64,000 bases of DNA from an uncultured Bacteroidota bacterium (GTDB taxonomy: Bacteria; Bacteroidota; Bacteroidia; Chitinophagales; Chitinophagaceae), in NCBI GenBank assembly GCA_903881585.1, contig CAIRTW010000350.1, forward strand, positions 2,988-66,987. The letters are read 5' to 3'. Below are positions 30,435 through 40,664 of the stretch, piece by piece. A program made the position numbers and the translations under genes. Position 1 is the first letter of the stretch; every line of letters begins with the position of its first letter. Under the pieces are notes generated by a model. It saw only the letters and a list, made by a program, of their open reading frames with translations, ran no database searches and was not told the origin of the DNA.

Positions 30435-33266
30435 CTATTCCTTCGCGAACTTCTTTGCCGTTGTTCCACTTTCGCCGGTGAGCGTTATGTTGTAAATGCC
30501 GGGTGGCCATTTCTTTACATCCACGCTCACCTCAGTGCCGGTTAGCTGTTGCTGCAGCATTAGCCGCCCCACTTCATTGGTAATGACAAACGAGATATAA
30601 GCGCCTTTATCCATTTTTATAGTTAGCGCATCTGTAGCCGGGCTGGGGAATATCTCCACAGGCGGTTTTGCAGAGACCGATGGCACTCCATTGATACAAT
30701 TGATAACCGTGAAGGTCCTGGATGCAGAGCAGGTGGTAATTGTGTCGGTATAAGTAATGGTTGCCGTACCCAATGATATGCCCGTGATGAGCCCGGTGGT
30801 ATAGCCGGCAGCGGCAACCGAGGCATCGCTGCTGCTCCATACCCCATCTGCTGTAGCGTCGGTGAGGACAACAGACAGGCCAATACAATAAGTAGTGAGG
30901 CCGGAGATCGCGGCCGGTGGCGGGTTTACGGTTACCGTGGTTGTTACAAAGCCGGTAGAAATAGTATAGGTGAAAATGGTTGTGCCCGAAGCCAGGCCTG
31001 TGACAACCCCGGACGACGACCCAATGGTAGCAACCGTCACATCACTGCTGGTCCATGTGCCGCCCGCTATAACATCGTTCATGGTAGTGGGGCTGCCTAT
31101 GCAAATATGTGTAGCGCCACCTATAGGGCCGGGCAACCCGGAAACATAATCAGAGAACCGGGCGAGGAAACCCTGGTAGTAGTATAAGCCGCCGCCGCCA
31201 GAGGGCTGCAGGGCACCGGGTGTAGCAATATTGTTGGCGCTGTTCGTATTGCCGCATATGTATACAGCCTTGCCATCAAACGCCAATCCCTTGGCCTCGT
31301 CGGTGCCGTTGCCGCCATAATAGGTGCTCCAATACTGTATACCGGCTGTATTGTATTTGGCAAGAAAAGCATCTTCATCTGCCCCTCCGAAAGTATCCTG
31401 CCACGCACCTGCTGAGGCAATGCCGGTGAGGCTGGCCGTGTAGCCGGCAATATACACATTCAGTGAGTCATCGCATATGATCCTGCTATAAGTAGTCTGC
31501 TCCTCTGCCGGGCCACCGTAGTAGGTAGCCCAGTCGAGCAAGCCCTGCTCTGGATCGAACTTAGCGAGGAATGCATCGATCATACCGCCCCTTGCCGGCT
31601 GGAAACTTCCGGCAGTGGATATCCCTGCATCACTCTGTGTGTTTCCTAACAGGTAAATACTGCCATCGCCATCGCAGGTTATCCCGCCGGTGGTCTCATC
31701 AAGCGCACCACCAAAATAAGTGCCCCAGACACGGGAGCCAGTCATATCGAATTTAGCCAGGAAAGCGTCACTGCTGCCTGCAAGCGTAGTCTGATGGCTT
31801 AGTGAAGTAGCCATACCCGTAGTGCTGTTGGTCCAGCCGCAGATATAGGCATAGTTGCCGTCAGAGCAAACCACGCCGCCAAATTCATCGCCGCCGCCGC
31901 CATAGTAGGTACCCCATTGCCTCAGCCCCGAGGAGTCATACTGAACGAGAAAATCATCGTAGCCGCCGGAATGAGTGGGCTGAAAACTTCCCGCCGTTGC
32001 CGTGTTTGTGCCATCGGTGGTAACGCCTGATATGTAGACATGCCAATGCGCATCGCAGGCTATTGAACCCGGGATATTATCACCGGAACCACCCAGGTAT
32101 GTGCCCCACATCCGGGCACCATCTGTGGTGAACCTGGCCAAGAAACAATCCCTGGTGCCGCCGCCATAAGTGGTTTGCTGGGCCCCCGGTGTAGCAATGC
32201 CTGTATGGCTGCTGGTAGTGCCGCCGAGATATACACCTGTTGAGTCGCAGGCTACTGAGTAGCCGATATCTGTGCCTGTACCGCCGTAATAAGTGGCCCA
32301 AAGCCTGTTGCCTGAAGAGTCGAATTTAACAAGGTAAGCATCCTGGTCGCCGCCAAATACTGCCTGGAAAGTTCCGGTGGTGGCTATCGCGCTTGCCGCA
32401 TAAGTGAAGCCAGCGCCGTAAACATGGAACATGGCATCGCAGGCAACTGCGTAAAACGGGCTGGTACTGGTATCAGGCCCATAGTAGGTTCCCCAGTCCA
32501 GAACGGGGTCTACTACCAGTGCATGGTAGTAACCATCTGTCTGGTAACTCAGTGTATTTCCCTGCAGCCTGAATGATGACGGAACTATGCCACCGGCTGC
32601 GCGGAAACAAACAGGAGCATGCTCTGTAACCGTGCCCATAGGGGTTGTTGCTGTGATGCTGCCATCCTCGTTGATCTTTAAAGACGATTGGCCGTTATAT
32701 TTCAACTTTATGTCCGCAGCGTTGCCACCCGGCCCTACAATGAATTCGTGCTCCAGTTTATTGCCTTTTACGCGCACAACCCAGTCGATACCCCTGTATA
32801 CATTCTTGTAGATCAGTTTACCAAAAGCATGTGCCCGGATACCTTTGTCTGGGCAACCTGCGAGGTAGTAGTTCTCATAATATGCCTGTGGCTCCTCAGC
32901 TATTACTTCAGCATGTGTGTTTGCGCCAACGAGCGCTACATCCATCCTATATGTGCTTACACTGGTTTGCTTGTCCATATCGGAGAACCGGGAGGCACCG
33001 GGAGCTGATACAGCACTTGTGGCACGCACTATGTTTGAGAATTGGTAGTGAAGCTGGGCATCGCCAATAAAAACGCTCATTCCCGGAGCGGCCAATACAT
33101 ACTGGATGTCTTTCCTGGCACCGTGATGCTGGTCTTGCACCTGCCCTTTATTTTCCAGGAAACAAAGTTTTTGTGTCGTATTTGCAGTAAAGGTTTTAGC
33201 ACAGACTTGCTGGTGCAATGCAAAAAGAATGGCCACGCAGGCAAAAAATATAAAGTTCTTTTTCAT
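30435..33266 (-). CDS. T9SS type A cargo: DUF7948-like N-domain, SBBP beta-propeller repeats, Ig-like repeats
   Basis: FLENKGQ; repeated DAFLAKFD.SG...WGTYYGG; WTSSD...ATI; CTD beginning IFPSPA. Confidence 0.85.
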   Translation of the reverse strand: MKKNFIFFACVAILFALHQQVCAKTFTANTTQKLCFLENKGQVQDQHHGARKDIQYVLAAPGMSVFIGDAQLHYQFSNIVRATSAVSAPGASRFSDMDKQTSVSTYRMDVALVGANTHAEVIAEEPQAYYENYYLAGCPDKGIRAHAFGKLIYKNVYRGIDWVVRVKGNKLEHEFIVGPGGNAADIKLKYNGQSSLKINEDGSITATTPMGTVTEHAPVCFRAAGGIVPSSFRLQGNTLSYQTDGYYHALVVDPVLDWGTYYGPDTSTSPFYAVACDAMFHVYGAGFTYAASAIATTGTFQAVFGGDQDAYLVKFDSSGNRLWATYYGGTGTDIGYSVACDSTGVYLGGTTSSHTGIATPGAQQTTYGGGTRDCFLARFTTDGARMWGTYLGGSGDNIPGSIACDAHWHVYISGVTTDGTNTATAGSFQPTHSGGYDDFLVQYDSSGLRQWGTYYGGGGDEFGGVVCSDGNYAYICGWTNSTTGMATSLSHQTTLAGSSDAFLAKFDMTGSRVWGTYFGGALDETTGGITCDGDGSIYLLGNTQSDAGISTAGSFQPARGGMIDAFLAKFDPEQGLLDWATYYGGPAEEQTTYSRIICDDSLNVYIAGYTASLTGIASAGAWQDTFGGADEDAFLAKYNTAGIQYWSTYYGGNGTDEAKGLAFDGKAVYICGNTNSANNIATPGALQPSGGGGLYYYQGFLARFSDYVSGLPGPIGGATHICIGSPTTMNDVIAGGTWTSSDVTVATIGSSSGVVTGLASGTTIFTYTISTGFVTTTVTVNPPPAAISGLTTYCIGLSVVLTDATADGVWSSSDASVAAAGYTTGLITGISLGTATITYTDTITTCSASRTFTVINCINGVPSVSAKPPVEIFPSPATDALTIKMDKGAYISFVITNEVGRLMLQQQLTGTEVSVDVKKWPPGIYNITLTGESGTTAKKFAKE

Positions 33267-33456
33267 AATTCTATACTCCTAAATTAAGCGTTTACCTATT
33301 TTCTACCAAATGAGCTGGTGGCAAAATACATCCCTGAAAGCAATGTTGCCAAAATTATTTTCTGCTGCTATGTATAACGGGCAAAACGTTGCTGCTGTGC
33401 TTGCTTATTTCATACATATCATCTTGCTATTGCCACGCGGCGGCAATAGCAAGATG

Positions 33457-33487
33457 AAAAAAAATACCACCGTACGACGATGGTATT
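33457..33487 (-). terminator. Intrinsic terminator
   Basis: Minus strand AATACCATCGT-CGT-ACGGTGGTATT plus T run, 23 bp after the stop at 33511. Confidence 0.75.
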
Positions 33488-33510
33488 CCTTTCTTTCTAT
33501 GATCTGTAAC

Positions 33511-36500
33511 TTATCTTACCAGTGTACAATCACCTTTCTGCTCGATCACGTTGCCACCGCAGTCAAATTTGATGAAGTAGTAGTAAACGCCCATATCCTG
33601 CGGCACACCGTTAAAGTTGCCATCCCATTCCGGGTTGGAGTTTGCACTTTCAAAGATCGTCTGTCCCCAGCGGTTCACGATGCGGAAGCTGTGGAAATTA
33701 TGATAGCCATTGAATATAGGGCGGTATTTATCGTTAAGGCCATCTCCATTTGGTGTAAACGCAGTAGGGAACAACACAGTACAGCATGCATTCGGATCAA
33801 GCTGCATGTTGTAGCTAGCCTTGCAACCAAACGGATCGGTGATCGTCAGCCATATATCCGTTCTTCCCTGCTCCACTTTACCCCATATCTCGGGTTTGTT
33901 GTTGTTGTTGAAGCAATGTTCCGGCTCCCACAGGTAAGAACAGTTGGCATCCTGGTGACGGGCAATAAACAATATGCTGTCCTCCAGGCACAATGCGCCG
34001 GTTGCTTTAGGCGCCATACTAAATACCGGGTCCGGCAAAGCATGGACATGCACCGAATCATAGGTGGGGTCTGACTTACAGCCTTCGTTCGTGGTGCAGG
34101 TAATGGTAACAACATGGTTACCACTGTCATTCCAGCTGATCCTGAATGGGCCACCGCTATTTGAATTTGCGGAAACAATATTCACTGCCGTAGAATTGAT
34201 AAGAGATGTGCCATCAATAAACCATGAGAAAATACTGGCATCATCCGACTTATCGGAAAGAGAAAGGCTCACCGTATCTCCCAGGCAAATGTCCGGCTTC
34301 ATATAGCAATGCGAAGTTGGCGGAGGAACCACCCTTACGGAAATGGTATCGTAAGTAGTGCAGAGGTTGAGCTCTGTTGCAGCCAACGTCAATACATGCG
34401 GGCCATAAACAGAGTCGAAACGCACGACAATTGTTGGGTCGTTGACCGTAGTTCCACTGATCGGAGTGGCACCCGGAGGCAAGCTCCAATAATAAGTTCC
34501 GGAAACAAGCACCGAGCCATTGTATGAGAAAGTAAGGGAGTCATGATCGCACACCCAGGTGTTACTGGCCGTTATGGTGAACTTTGGCAAGTCAACAATT
34601 ATTGCCTTTACAGGCGTAGTGTTGCTTTCGCATCCATTTACAGTCTGAGTAACATACCACGTAGTACCGCCGGGATAATTGACAACAGCGCTTGATGGAA
34701 CCGGAGGATAGCCAATAGGTGCCCCGCCGACTAAACCAGAGGCCGTGTTGTACCAGCTAAGATCGGAGCCAGGCGCACTGTCGACCTGGAAATTAACCGG
34801 AGCAGTAACTGAATTCTGGCAGTACATCGTGTCGCGGGCAACAGGCGGAGCCGGTTTTGCAATGACCGTAACAACGTCAATGGCACTATCGCTCACGCAA
34901 CCGTAGGCATTTGTTTCAGTAACGTAATAGCTGGTGACGCCCGGTGTACCAGTACTTGGGGTAGGCCCAACAGGAGTACCCGCAGTAACGCCGGGGCCAT
35001 ACCATAACAGGCCGGTAGCAGGAGTGGCCGCTAATGCCGTAGCCGGAACGAACTGGCAATAAGTTGGCGGTGTTACCCCAGGTTTTACCGGCTTCATGCG
35101 CACATTGACGAGGTGCGTATTGTAGCAACCAGTAGGTAAGGTATAAGTAATAGTGGCAGGACCCGTATAGAGACCACCGGTAACAACGCCTGCAGCACTA
35201 ACCGCAGCGGTAGCTGGTGCGCTGCTAGTCCATGTACCACCGGGAGTGGCATCAGCCAGCGTGATCGACTGAAACTGGCAAACGTCTGAAACGCCTAAAA
35301 TGGCGGGCGGCGTGGGGTTAACAACAATTGTTATGGAACCAATCGGACTTTCACAAGAACCGATGGTCTGCCCGTAGTAGTAAGTATACGTGCCCGGAAC
35401 AGCGGTATTTACAACAGGTGCGGTAGTTGTTCCTACTCCGCCTGCGGGAGATGGATACCAGTAAACCGTTGCACCAGTAGCGGGTATTACTGTAAATGGC
35501 GTAAAAGGATTACCCTGGCAGTATGTTAAAGGGCCGGTAACTGTGGGAATGCCGGGAGGGGGCAACAGCACCACAAGTGTAGTTGCCGTATCCTTACAGC
35601 CATAGATGGAAGAAGCAATAACAGTATAAGTACCTGCATCAGCGGCTACAAAACCAGGTATAGTCGGGTTTTGAATGCCGGATACAAAGGATGCCGGCCC
35701 GGTCCATGAATAAGAAGTAACTGCGATGCTGCCAGCAACGGGTGTAGCATTTAAGGTGAGGGTATTTGCGGCGCCGCTGCACAGCGGCGAGTTGCTTGAG
35801 GCAATTATTACCGGGTTTGGATGAATAATAGCAACTGCGACCGAGGTGTCAGGTACGCCACTCACAGTTTTGACCATATGATAGGTACCGGTATCTGCCC
35901 AAACGGAAGGAGAAATGGTAAAGCTCTGCGTAGTTGCAACCACAGCCGTTGATGGCGCAGGGCCATACCACGAATAAGTAGCGCCGGTAGAATCGCCAGG
36001 GGCATTAAAGATCAGAGGATCGCCAAGGCATGGGCTATTGCATACAGCGCCATTGCATGTAGTTATGGTGAGGTATATTACCCTTTTGCCGCTATCGCTG
36101 CAGGCAGAGCCGCCGCAGCCAGTATATGCAGTACCGGTGATGGTATAAGTAATGGTTGGCGGCAGCGAGCCAACAGCAATATTGTTTACAAGGCCGGTGG
36201 TAGTTGCAAGGCCGGTTCCCGGAGACCACGTCCAGGTGCTCCATGTCCAGGTGCCGGAGGCCGCTCCGGTAAGGCTTACCGGCACAACTGTCAGGCCCGG
36301 ATAAAGGCAGGTATTGAACGTATCGTAAATAGCTGCTGGCGCTGCGGGAGGAATAACAGGAACTCCATTGACAACAATAGCAGGCTCGGGAAATGCACTG
36401 TCGATACCGGCAGGTGTGTTTAAGAAAGTGTATGCATAAGAGACAAATGTGCTGTCTCCGGGGCAAATGTCGCAAATGTGATAGACAAGGCCGATAGCAA

Positions 36501-37335
36501 TATCGCCATTATCGGCAACGCCAGGGGCATAGCTATATGCGGGAAACGTACCCGCAGTTTCGTTATAAACAGTGCTAAGGTCTGTAACACTCATTGGCCA
36601 TGACTGGTAAACAAAAGCCCTGGCACGGCTATCCTTCGCACAAAGCTGCAAATAAGCATAGAGGTGCGTTTCACCGGTTGCCTGCACACCCACTCTGTGG
36701 TCTGCATCATCCTGGAAAGAAACCTGGTTATAAGTAGGGAAACCGCCGCCATGCGCTTCATCGTTATCCGGGTCACAGGTCCGTACATAGTAGATGTTGT
36801 TCAATGTTGTTGCACCTGTGTTGTGTAATTTAGCGGTAACAACAACCCAGGAGGCGTTTGTGTCCACACGCGTTTCCATGTTTATCTTTAATTGCCCGCC
36901 CGCTGTAGTTCCAGTCCAGTTGCCGATCAATACTCCGCCCGAATTAAAATAAGAGGTGTTGCTACCGGCAAGAGAACCGGCACCAGTTATACTGCCACTA
37001 GAGCTAAAAGCATAGTTGAGACCCGCGGGACTGCCCACTTGTATGCCCCAACCTTCGAAGGGACTGCCGGGATATGTGTAGTCGCCCATTAACGGAGGCG
37101 TACCGACCGTCCATCCATCATGCCCGTAATCATACGTTTCAGCCAGCGGCCCGGCCGGAAAAGGATGATAGCCTGCCGGAGGAGCGTTAGCGCCAAAAGC
37201 ACCGTAGTTATTCTGGCCTATTTCGAGCCAATGGCCAGGTAAGTATATTTGTGTGCCAACCATCTGGGCAAAGGAAATGTTGCTAACTAGGATCAGAAGT
37301 ACCGCAAAAAAAAGGGTGGAGTAAAGTTTCTTCAT
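33511..37335 (-). CDS. T9SS type B (gliding-motility CTD) surface protein with Ig-like repeats
   Basis: Signal peptide; YCQ...WY...PT.ST..PG..YYV..T..GCES repeats; PTAFTPNGDGLND...NRWGQ...WDG...G..TLVR. Confidence 0.9.
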   Translation of the reverse strand: MKKLYSTLFFAVLLILVSNISFAQMVGTQIYLPGHWLEIGQNNYGAFGANAPPAGYHPFPAGPLAETYDYGHDGWTVGTPPLMGDYTYPGSPFEGWGIQVGSPAGLNYAFSSSGSITGAGSLAGSNTSYFNSGGVLIGNWTGTTAGGQLKINMETRVDTNASWVVVTAKLHNTGATTLNNIYYVRTCDPDNDEAHGGGFPTYNQVSFQDDADHRVGVQATGETHLYAYLQLCAKDSRARAFVYQSWPMSVTDLSTVYNETAGTFPAYSYAPGVADNGDIAIGLVYHICDICPGDSTFVSYAYTFLNTPAGIDSAFPEPAIVVNGVPVIPPAAPAAIYDTFNTCLYPGLTVVPVSLTGAASGTWTWSTWTWSPGTGLATTTGLVNNIAVGSLPPTITYTITGTAYTGCGGSACSDSGKRVIYLTITTCNGAVCNSPCLGDPLIFNAPGDSTGATYSWYGPAPSTAVVATTQSFTISPSVWADTGTYHMVKTVSGVPDTSVAVAIIHPNPVIIASSNSPLCSGAANTLTLNATPVAGSIAVTSYSWTGPASFVSGIQNPTIPGFVAADAGTYTVIASSIYGCKDTATTLVVLLPPPGIPTVTGPLTYCQGNPFTPFTVIPATGATVYWYPSPAGGVGTTTAPVVNTAVPGTYTYYYGQTIGSCESPIGSITIVVNPTPPAILGVSDVCQFQSITLADATPGGTWTSSAPATAAVSAAGVVTGGLYTGPATITYTLPTGCYNTHLVNVRMKPVKPGVTPPTYCQFVPATALAATPATGLLWYGPGVTAGTPVGPTPSTGTPGVTSYYVTETNAYGCVSDSAIDVVTVIAKPAPPVARDTMYCQNSVTAPVNFQVDSAPGSDLSWYNTASGLVGGAPIGYPPVPSSAVVNYPGGTTWYVTQTVNGCESNTTPVKAIIVDLPKFTITASNTWVCDHDSLTFSYNGSVLVSGTYYWSLPPGATPISGTTVNDPTIVVRFDSVYGPHVLTLAATELNLCTTYDTISVRVVPPPTSHCYMKPDICLGDTVSLSLSDKSDDASIFSWFIDGTSLINSTAVNIVSANSNSGGPFRISWNDSGNHVVTITCTTNEGCKSDPTYDSVHVHALPDPVFSMAPKATGALCLEDSILFIARHQDANCSYLWEPEHCFNNNNKPEIWGKVEQGRTDIWLTITDPFGCKASYNMQLDPNACCTVLFPTAFTPNGDGLNDKYRPIFNGYHNFHSFRIVNRWGQTIFESANSNPEWDGNFNGVPQDMGVYYYFIKFDCGGNVIEQKGDCTLVR

Positions 37336-37590
37336 ATCAATGCTTATTAGGGGGGATTTTTCAAATATGCCAATTCACTATAATCACAATTAGGGTTTTA
37401 AAAATAGCCAATATTTCTCATGAAACAAAGCTTTTTGCACACTTCGGTACACAAGTTTCTATTTTACTAACTTCCGGTTAATTAATAGGCGAAATGTGAT
37501 ATTATCATTATAAAAGACAGAGGAAACGCATAATAGGGTTGGTAAACCCACCCATTTAGTCATAACAATCCGTAAGGCCGCTAAAATAAG

Positions 37591-40566
37591 CTACCTGAGC
37601 AATGTAACATTTCCCTGATGGTGTTCCTTTTGCCCGTCTTTGAAGGTTGCGTCTATGACATAAACATAAACACCCTCCGGCTGGCTTTCATTGTTGAATT
37701 TGCCATCCCAGCCCCTGCCATCGAGAGCAGTTGTTGTAAATATCAACTGGCCCCAGCGGTTGTAAATATTCATGGAGAACGTTGTAAGCCCCTTCGTAAG
37801 AAATTGCCGTGGGAAGAAATAATCATTTACGCCATCGCCATTCGGAGAAAACACATTAGGTATGTCCATGTAGCAACCGTTCTGAACCCACACGGTATCA
37901 GAAGCGTAGCAGTTATTAATATTCACCGTAGCATAATAATAGCCGGGTGCGTCAACTACAATTGATGGCCCGGTTTGCCCGGTGCTCCAAAGCCATTGGG
38001 CTGCCGGGTTGCCGCCATTTAAATTATCTGCAAGAGTGAGCGACTCACTGCCTTTACAAATCGAAGTATCGGACCCGAGGTTAATATAAGGCTGTGGAAT
38101 AACCGTCACTTTGTGGCTGATACTGGTATCCGGACAAGCACGGTAATTGGCAGTGATGGTTATAGTAAAGACGCCGGTGTTGTTATAACCATGCACAACG
38201 GGATTGACATCGACGATGTTGCTGCCATCGCCAAAATTCCACGAATTGCCGGTATTGCCGATGCCCGAATACAGGCCGGTGTAGGTAATATATGCGCCCT
38301 GGCAAATGACCGTATCCGTAAGCGCCATGTCTATGCCGCTCATGGTATCCACATAAACTATGCCTGATGCAGTGTCGCGGCAGGGTACAAAGTCTGTTAC
38401 GATCAGCTGAACATTGTATACCCCGGTATTCAGGTAGGTATAAACAGGATTCTTGCTTGTATCCGTAGCGCCATTGCCAAACGACCAAAGGAAAGTTCCG
38501 CCGGTATCAACGGATGTATTTGCAAAGGTTACTGCATTGTCCTGGCAGAGGATATCCGGATCGTTTGAGAAAGATGCATGCAACGGATGTATCAGGCGGA
38601 TCTTCTGTATCAAACTGTCGGCACACTGTCCGTTTATGGCTATCAGTTTCACATCAAAGGTATCCTGCGTGGTAAAGATATGTACAGGGCTGGTGGTGGT
38701 ATCGCTGGTTCCGTCCCCGAAATTCCAGGTGTACCTGATCGCACCGGCAGATGTATTGCTGAACGTAACCGTATCCCCATGGCAGCCATAATGTATGGCA
38801 TAGGTATAACCCGGAGTGATGAAATCGAGAACAGTTATGGTAATAGAAGCGCGCGGGCCTTCACAACCGTTCACCGTTTGGCTGGCCCAGAATGTATAAG
38901 TGCCGGGAACAGCGGTATTCACCGTAGGTGGTGTAGCGCTGCCTGTGCCACCTGTGGCTACAGTGTACCATAATATGCCCGCACCCGTGACGGTAATAGG
39001 CACAAACGTCTGCCCCTGGCAATATGGAGTGGGGTCATAAAGGCTTGGCGGCAGCGGTAATGGTATGATCTTCACGGTATCGGGAGAACGTAAGCTCTCG
39101 CAAAGGCCAAATGTAGAGCTGACGTAATAGACGAAAGTGCCCGCTGTTGTGGTAACCGGGGTAGGCGCCGTGGAACTGCTGGTGCCACCTGTAGCGGCGG
39201 TCCACCATAGTAACCCGGTACCCGGCGCAGTAAGCGGAACAGCGGTAGCATCCTGGCAATAAGTAACCGGCGTGACGACCGGCCCCGGGAATGTGGCATG
39301 CTGGAATGAAACGTAGTAATGAATATCATTACAACCGCCGGCTATGTTAGTACCGGTGATGGTGTAAGTGATATTGCCGGTAATGCTATCGGAATGAATG
39401 ATGCTGGATGTGCCGGAAGTATCGGTAAGGAATGAATCGGGGGACCAGCTCCAGCTGTAAAATCCGCCGCCTTGTATGTTTACTGCAACTGTATCAAAGG
39501 CATAACTGCACAAGTTGATGGTATCAGTAGAATCATGTGTTACTCCATTAACAGAAAATGTGAGCTCGGTGGCATTCAATGCGCTGTCTATATAGGTGGC
39601 ATTGAGTATGTAGGCGTATGATAACGACGTACTGTCGCCTGGCGCTATGGTCCCTATATTAAAATCGAGGGCAATACCAACATCATCCGTGGAGCCGGCG
39701 CCGACCGCATATGTATAAGAAGTTGTCTCGTTCCACATCGCGTCCAGTGTGTACTCCGGTGCAAGGCCACCATCGAAGATCATGCATTTAGCGCGGCAGT
39801 CCTTGGTACCAAGGCCCAGGTATGCAGCATGGTTATCGTTTCCGGTAGCGGACACAAGAACGCGGTTAGTGGGATCTGGCAACTGGTAGGTAATGGAGTT
39901 AACGGTAGTATAGTCGCCGGAATATCGGGTCTCATCATTATCAGGGTCCACGGTGCGGATATAATAGATATTGGTAAGTGGCGTAGCACCTGTGTTTGTC
40001 AGCACCACATTTACGGTAAAGTACAATTTATTAGTGTCGAGTATTGTTGTCTGCCGTATTGCAAGCGCACCATCAGTGCCTTTCCATACGCCTGTTATTA
40101 CCCCACCTGTATTACTATAGCTAACATTGGTACCAGCAAGCCCGCCAGTAAAGCCCGTGGTGGGAGAGGTTTCATAAATTGGAATGTAGGCGTCTGATTC
40201 AACGCCGCCAACGGTAATCGCCCACCCTTCCTGCGGATCGCCAGGCAAATAAAAATCACCGAAATAGGGCGGTGTGCCTACCGTCCATCCATCAGCGCCA
40301 TAGTCGGCTACAAATCCCAAAAAATTGCCGCTGGTAGTAGTGGTGGCCGCTGCCGGATCATAAAAAGTAAAAGTGGTTCCCGCCAGGTAAGGATGGTAGC
40401 CTGCCGGGGCGGCAAGTGTACTTCCATAACCTCCGTTAGGCGCTACTCCTATTTCCACAAAAGCCCCCTGCAGGAATACATTGTCACCGACCATCTGGGC
40501 GCGAACTGTGCTGCTGCCTAGCGCTAACAAAGAGAGCAACGAAAAAATGAATATACGGTTCTTCAT
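37591..40566 (-). CDS. T9SS type B surface protein with Ig-like and PKD domains
   Basis: WNFGDG PKD motifs; PNVFSPNGDGVND CTD; start MKNRIF. Confidence 0.9.
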   Translation of the reverse strand: MKNRIFIFSLLSLLALGSSTVRAQMVGDNVFLQGAFVEIGVAPNGGYGSTLAAPAGYHPYLAGTTFTFYDPAAATTTTSGNFLGFVADYGADGWTVGTPPYFGDFYLPGDPQEGWAITVGGVESDAYIPIYETSPTTGFTGGLAGTNVSYSNTGGVITGVWKGTDGALAIRQTTILDTNKLYFTVNVVLTNTGATPLTNIYYIRTVDPDNDETRYSGDYTTVNSITYQLPDPTNRVLVSATGNDNHAAYLGLGTKDCRAKCMIFDGGLAPEYTLDAMWNETTSYTYAVGAGSTDDVGIALDFNIGTIAPGDSTSLSYAYILNATYIDSALNATELTFSVNGVTHDSTDTINLCSYAFDTVAVNIQGGGFYSWSWSPDSFLTDTSGTSSIIHSDSITGNITYTITGTNIAGGCNDIHYYVSFQHATFPGPVVTPVTYCQDATAVPLTAPGTGLLWWTAATGGTSSSTAPTPVTTTAGTFVYYVSSTFGLCESLRSPDTVKIIPLPLPPSLYDPTPYCQGQTFVPITVTGAGILWYTVATGGTGSATPPTVNTAVPGTYTFWASQTVNGCEGPRASITITVLDFITPGYTYAIHYGCHGDTVTFSNTSAGAIRYTWNFGDGTSDTTTSPVHIFTTQDTFDVKLIAINGQCADSLIQKIRLIHPLHASFSNDPDILCQDNAVTFANTSVDTGGTFLWSFGNGATDTSKNPVYTYLNTGVYNVQLIVTDFVPCRDTASGIVYVDTMSGIDMALTDTVICQGAYITYTGLYSGIGNTGNSWNFGDGSNIVDVNPVVHGYNNTGVFTITITANYRACPDTSISHKVTVIPQPYINLGSDTSICKGSESLTLADNLNGGNPAAQWLWSTGQTGPSIVVDAPGYYYATVNINNCYASDTVWVQNGCYMDIPNVFSPNGDGVNDYFFPRQFLTKGLTTFSMNIYNRWGQLIFTTTALDGRGWDGKFNNESQPEGVYVYVIDATFKDGQKEHHQGNVTLLR

Positions 40567-40664
40567 GAGGGTCACTTTTATGCCCCGTAAAATACGAGAC
40601 TGTACCGTATCCTGTTCCGAACAGGTGCGGGTTGCCAAAATAATTTTATTTACACCTTACCAAC

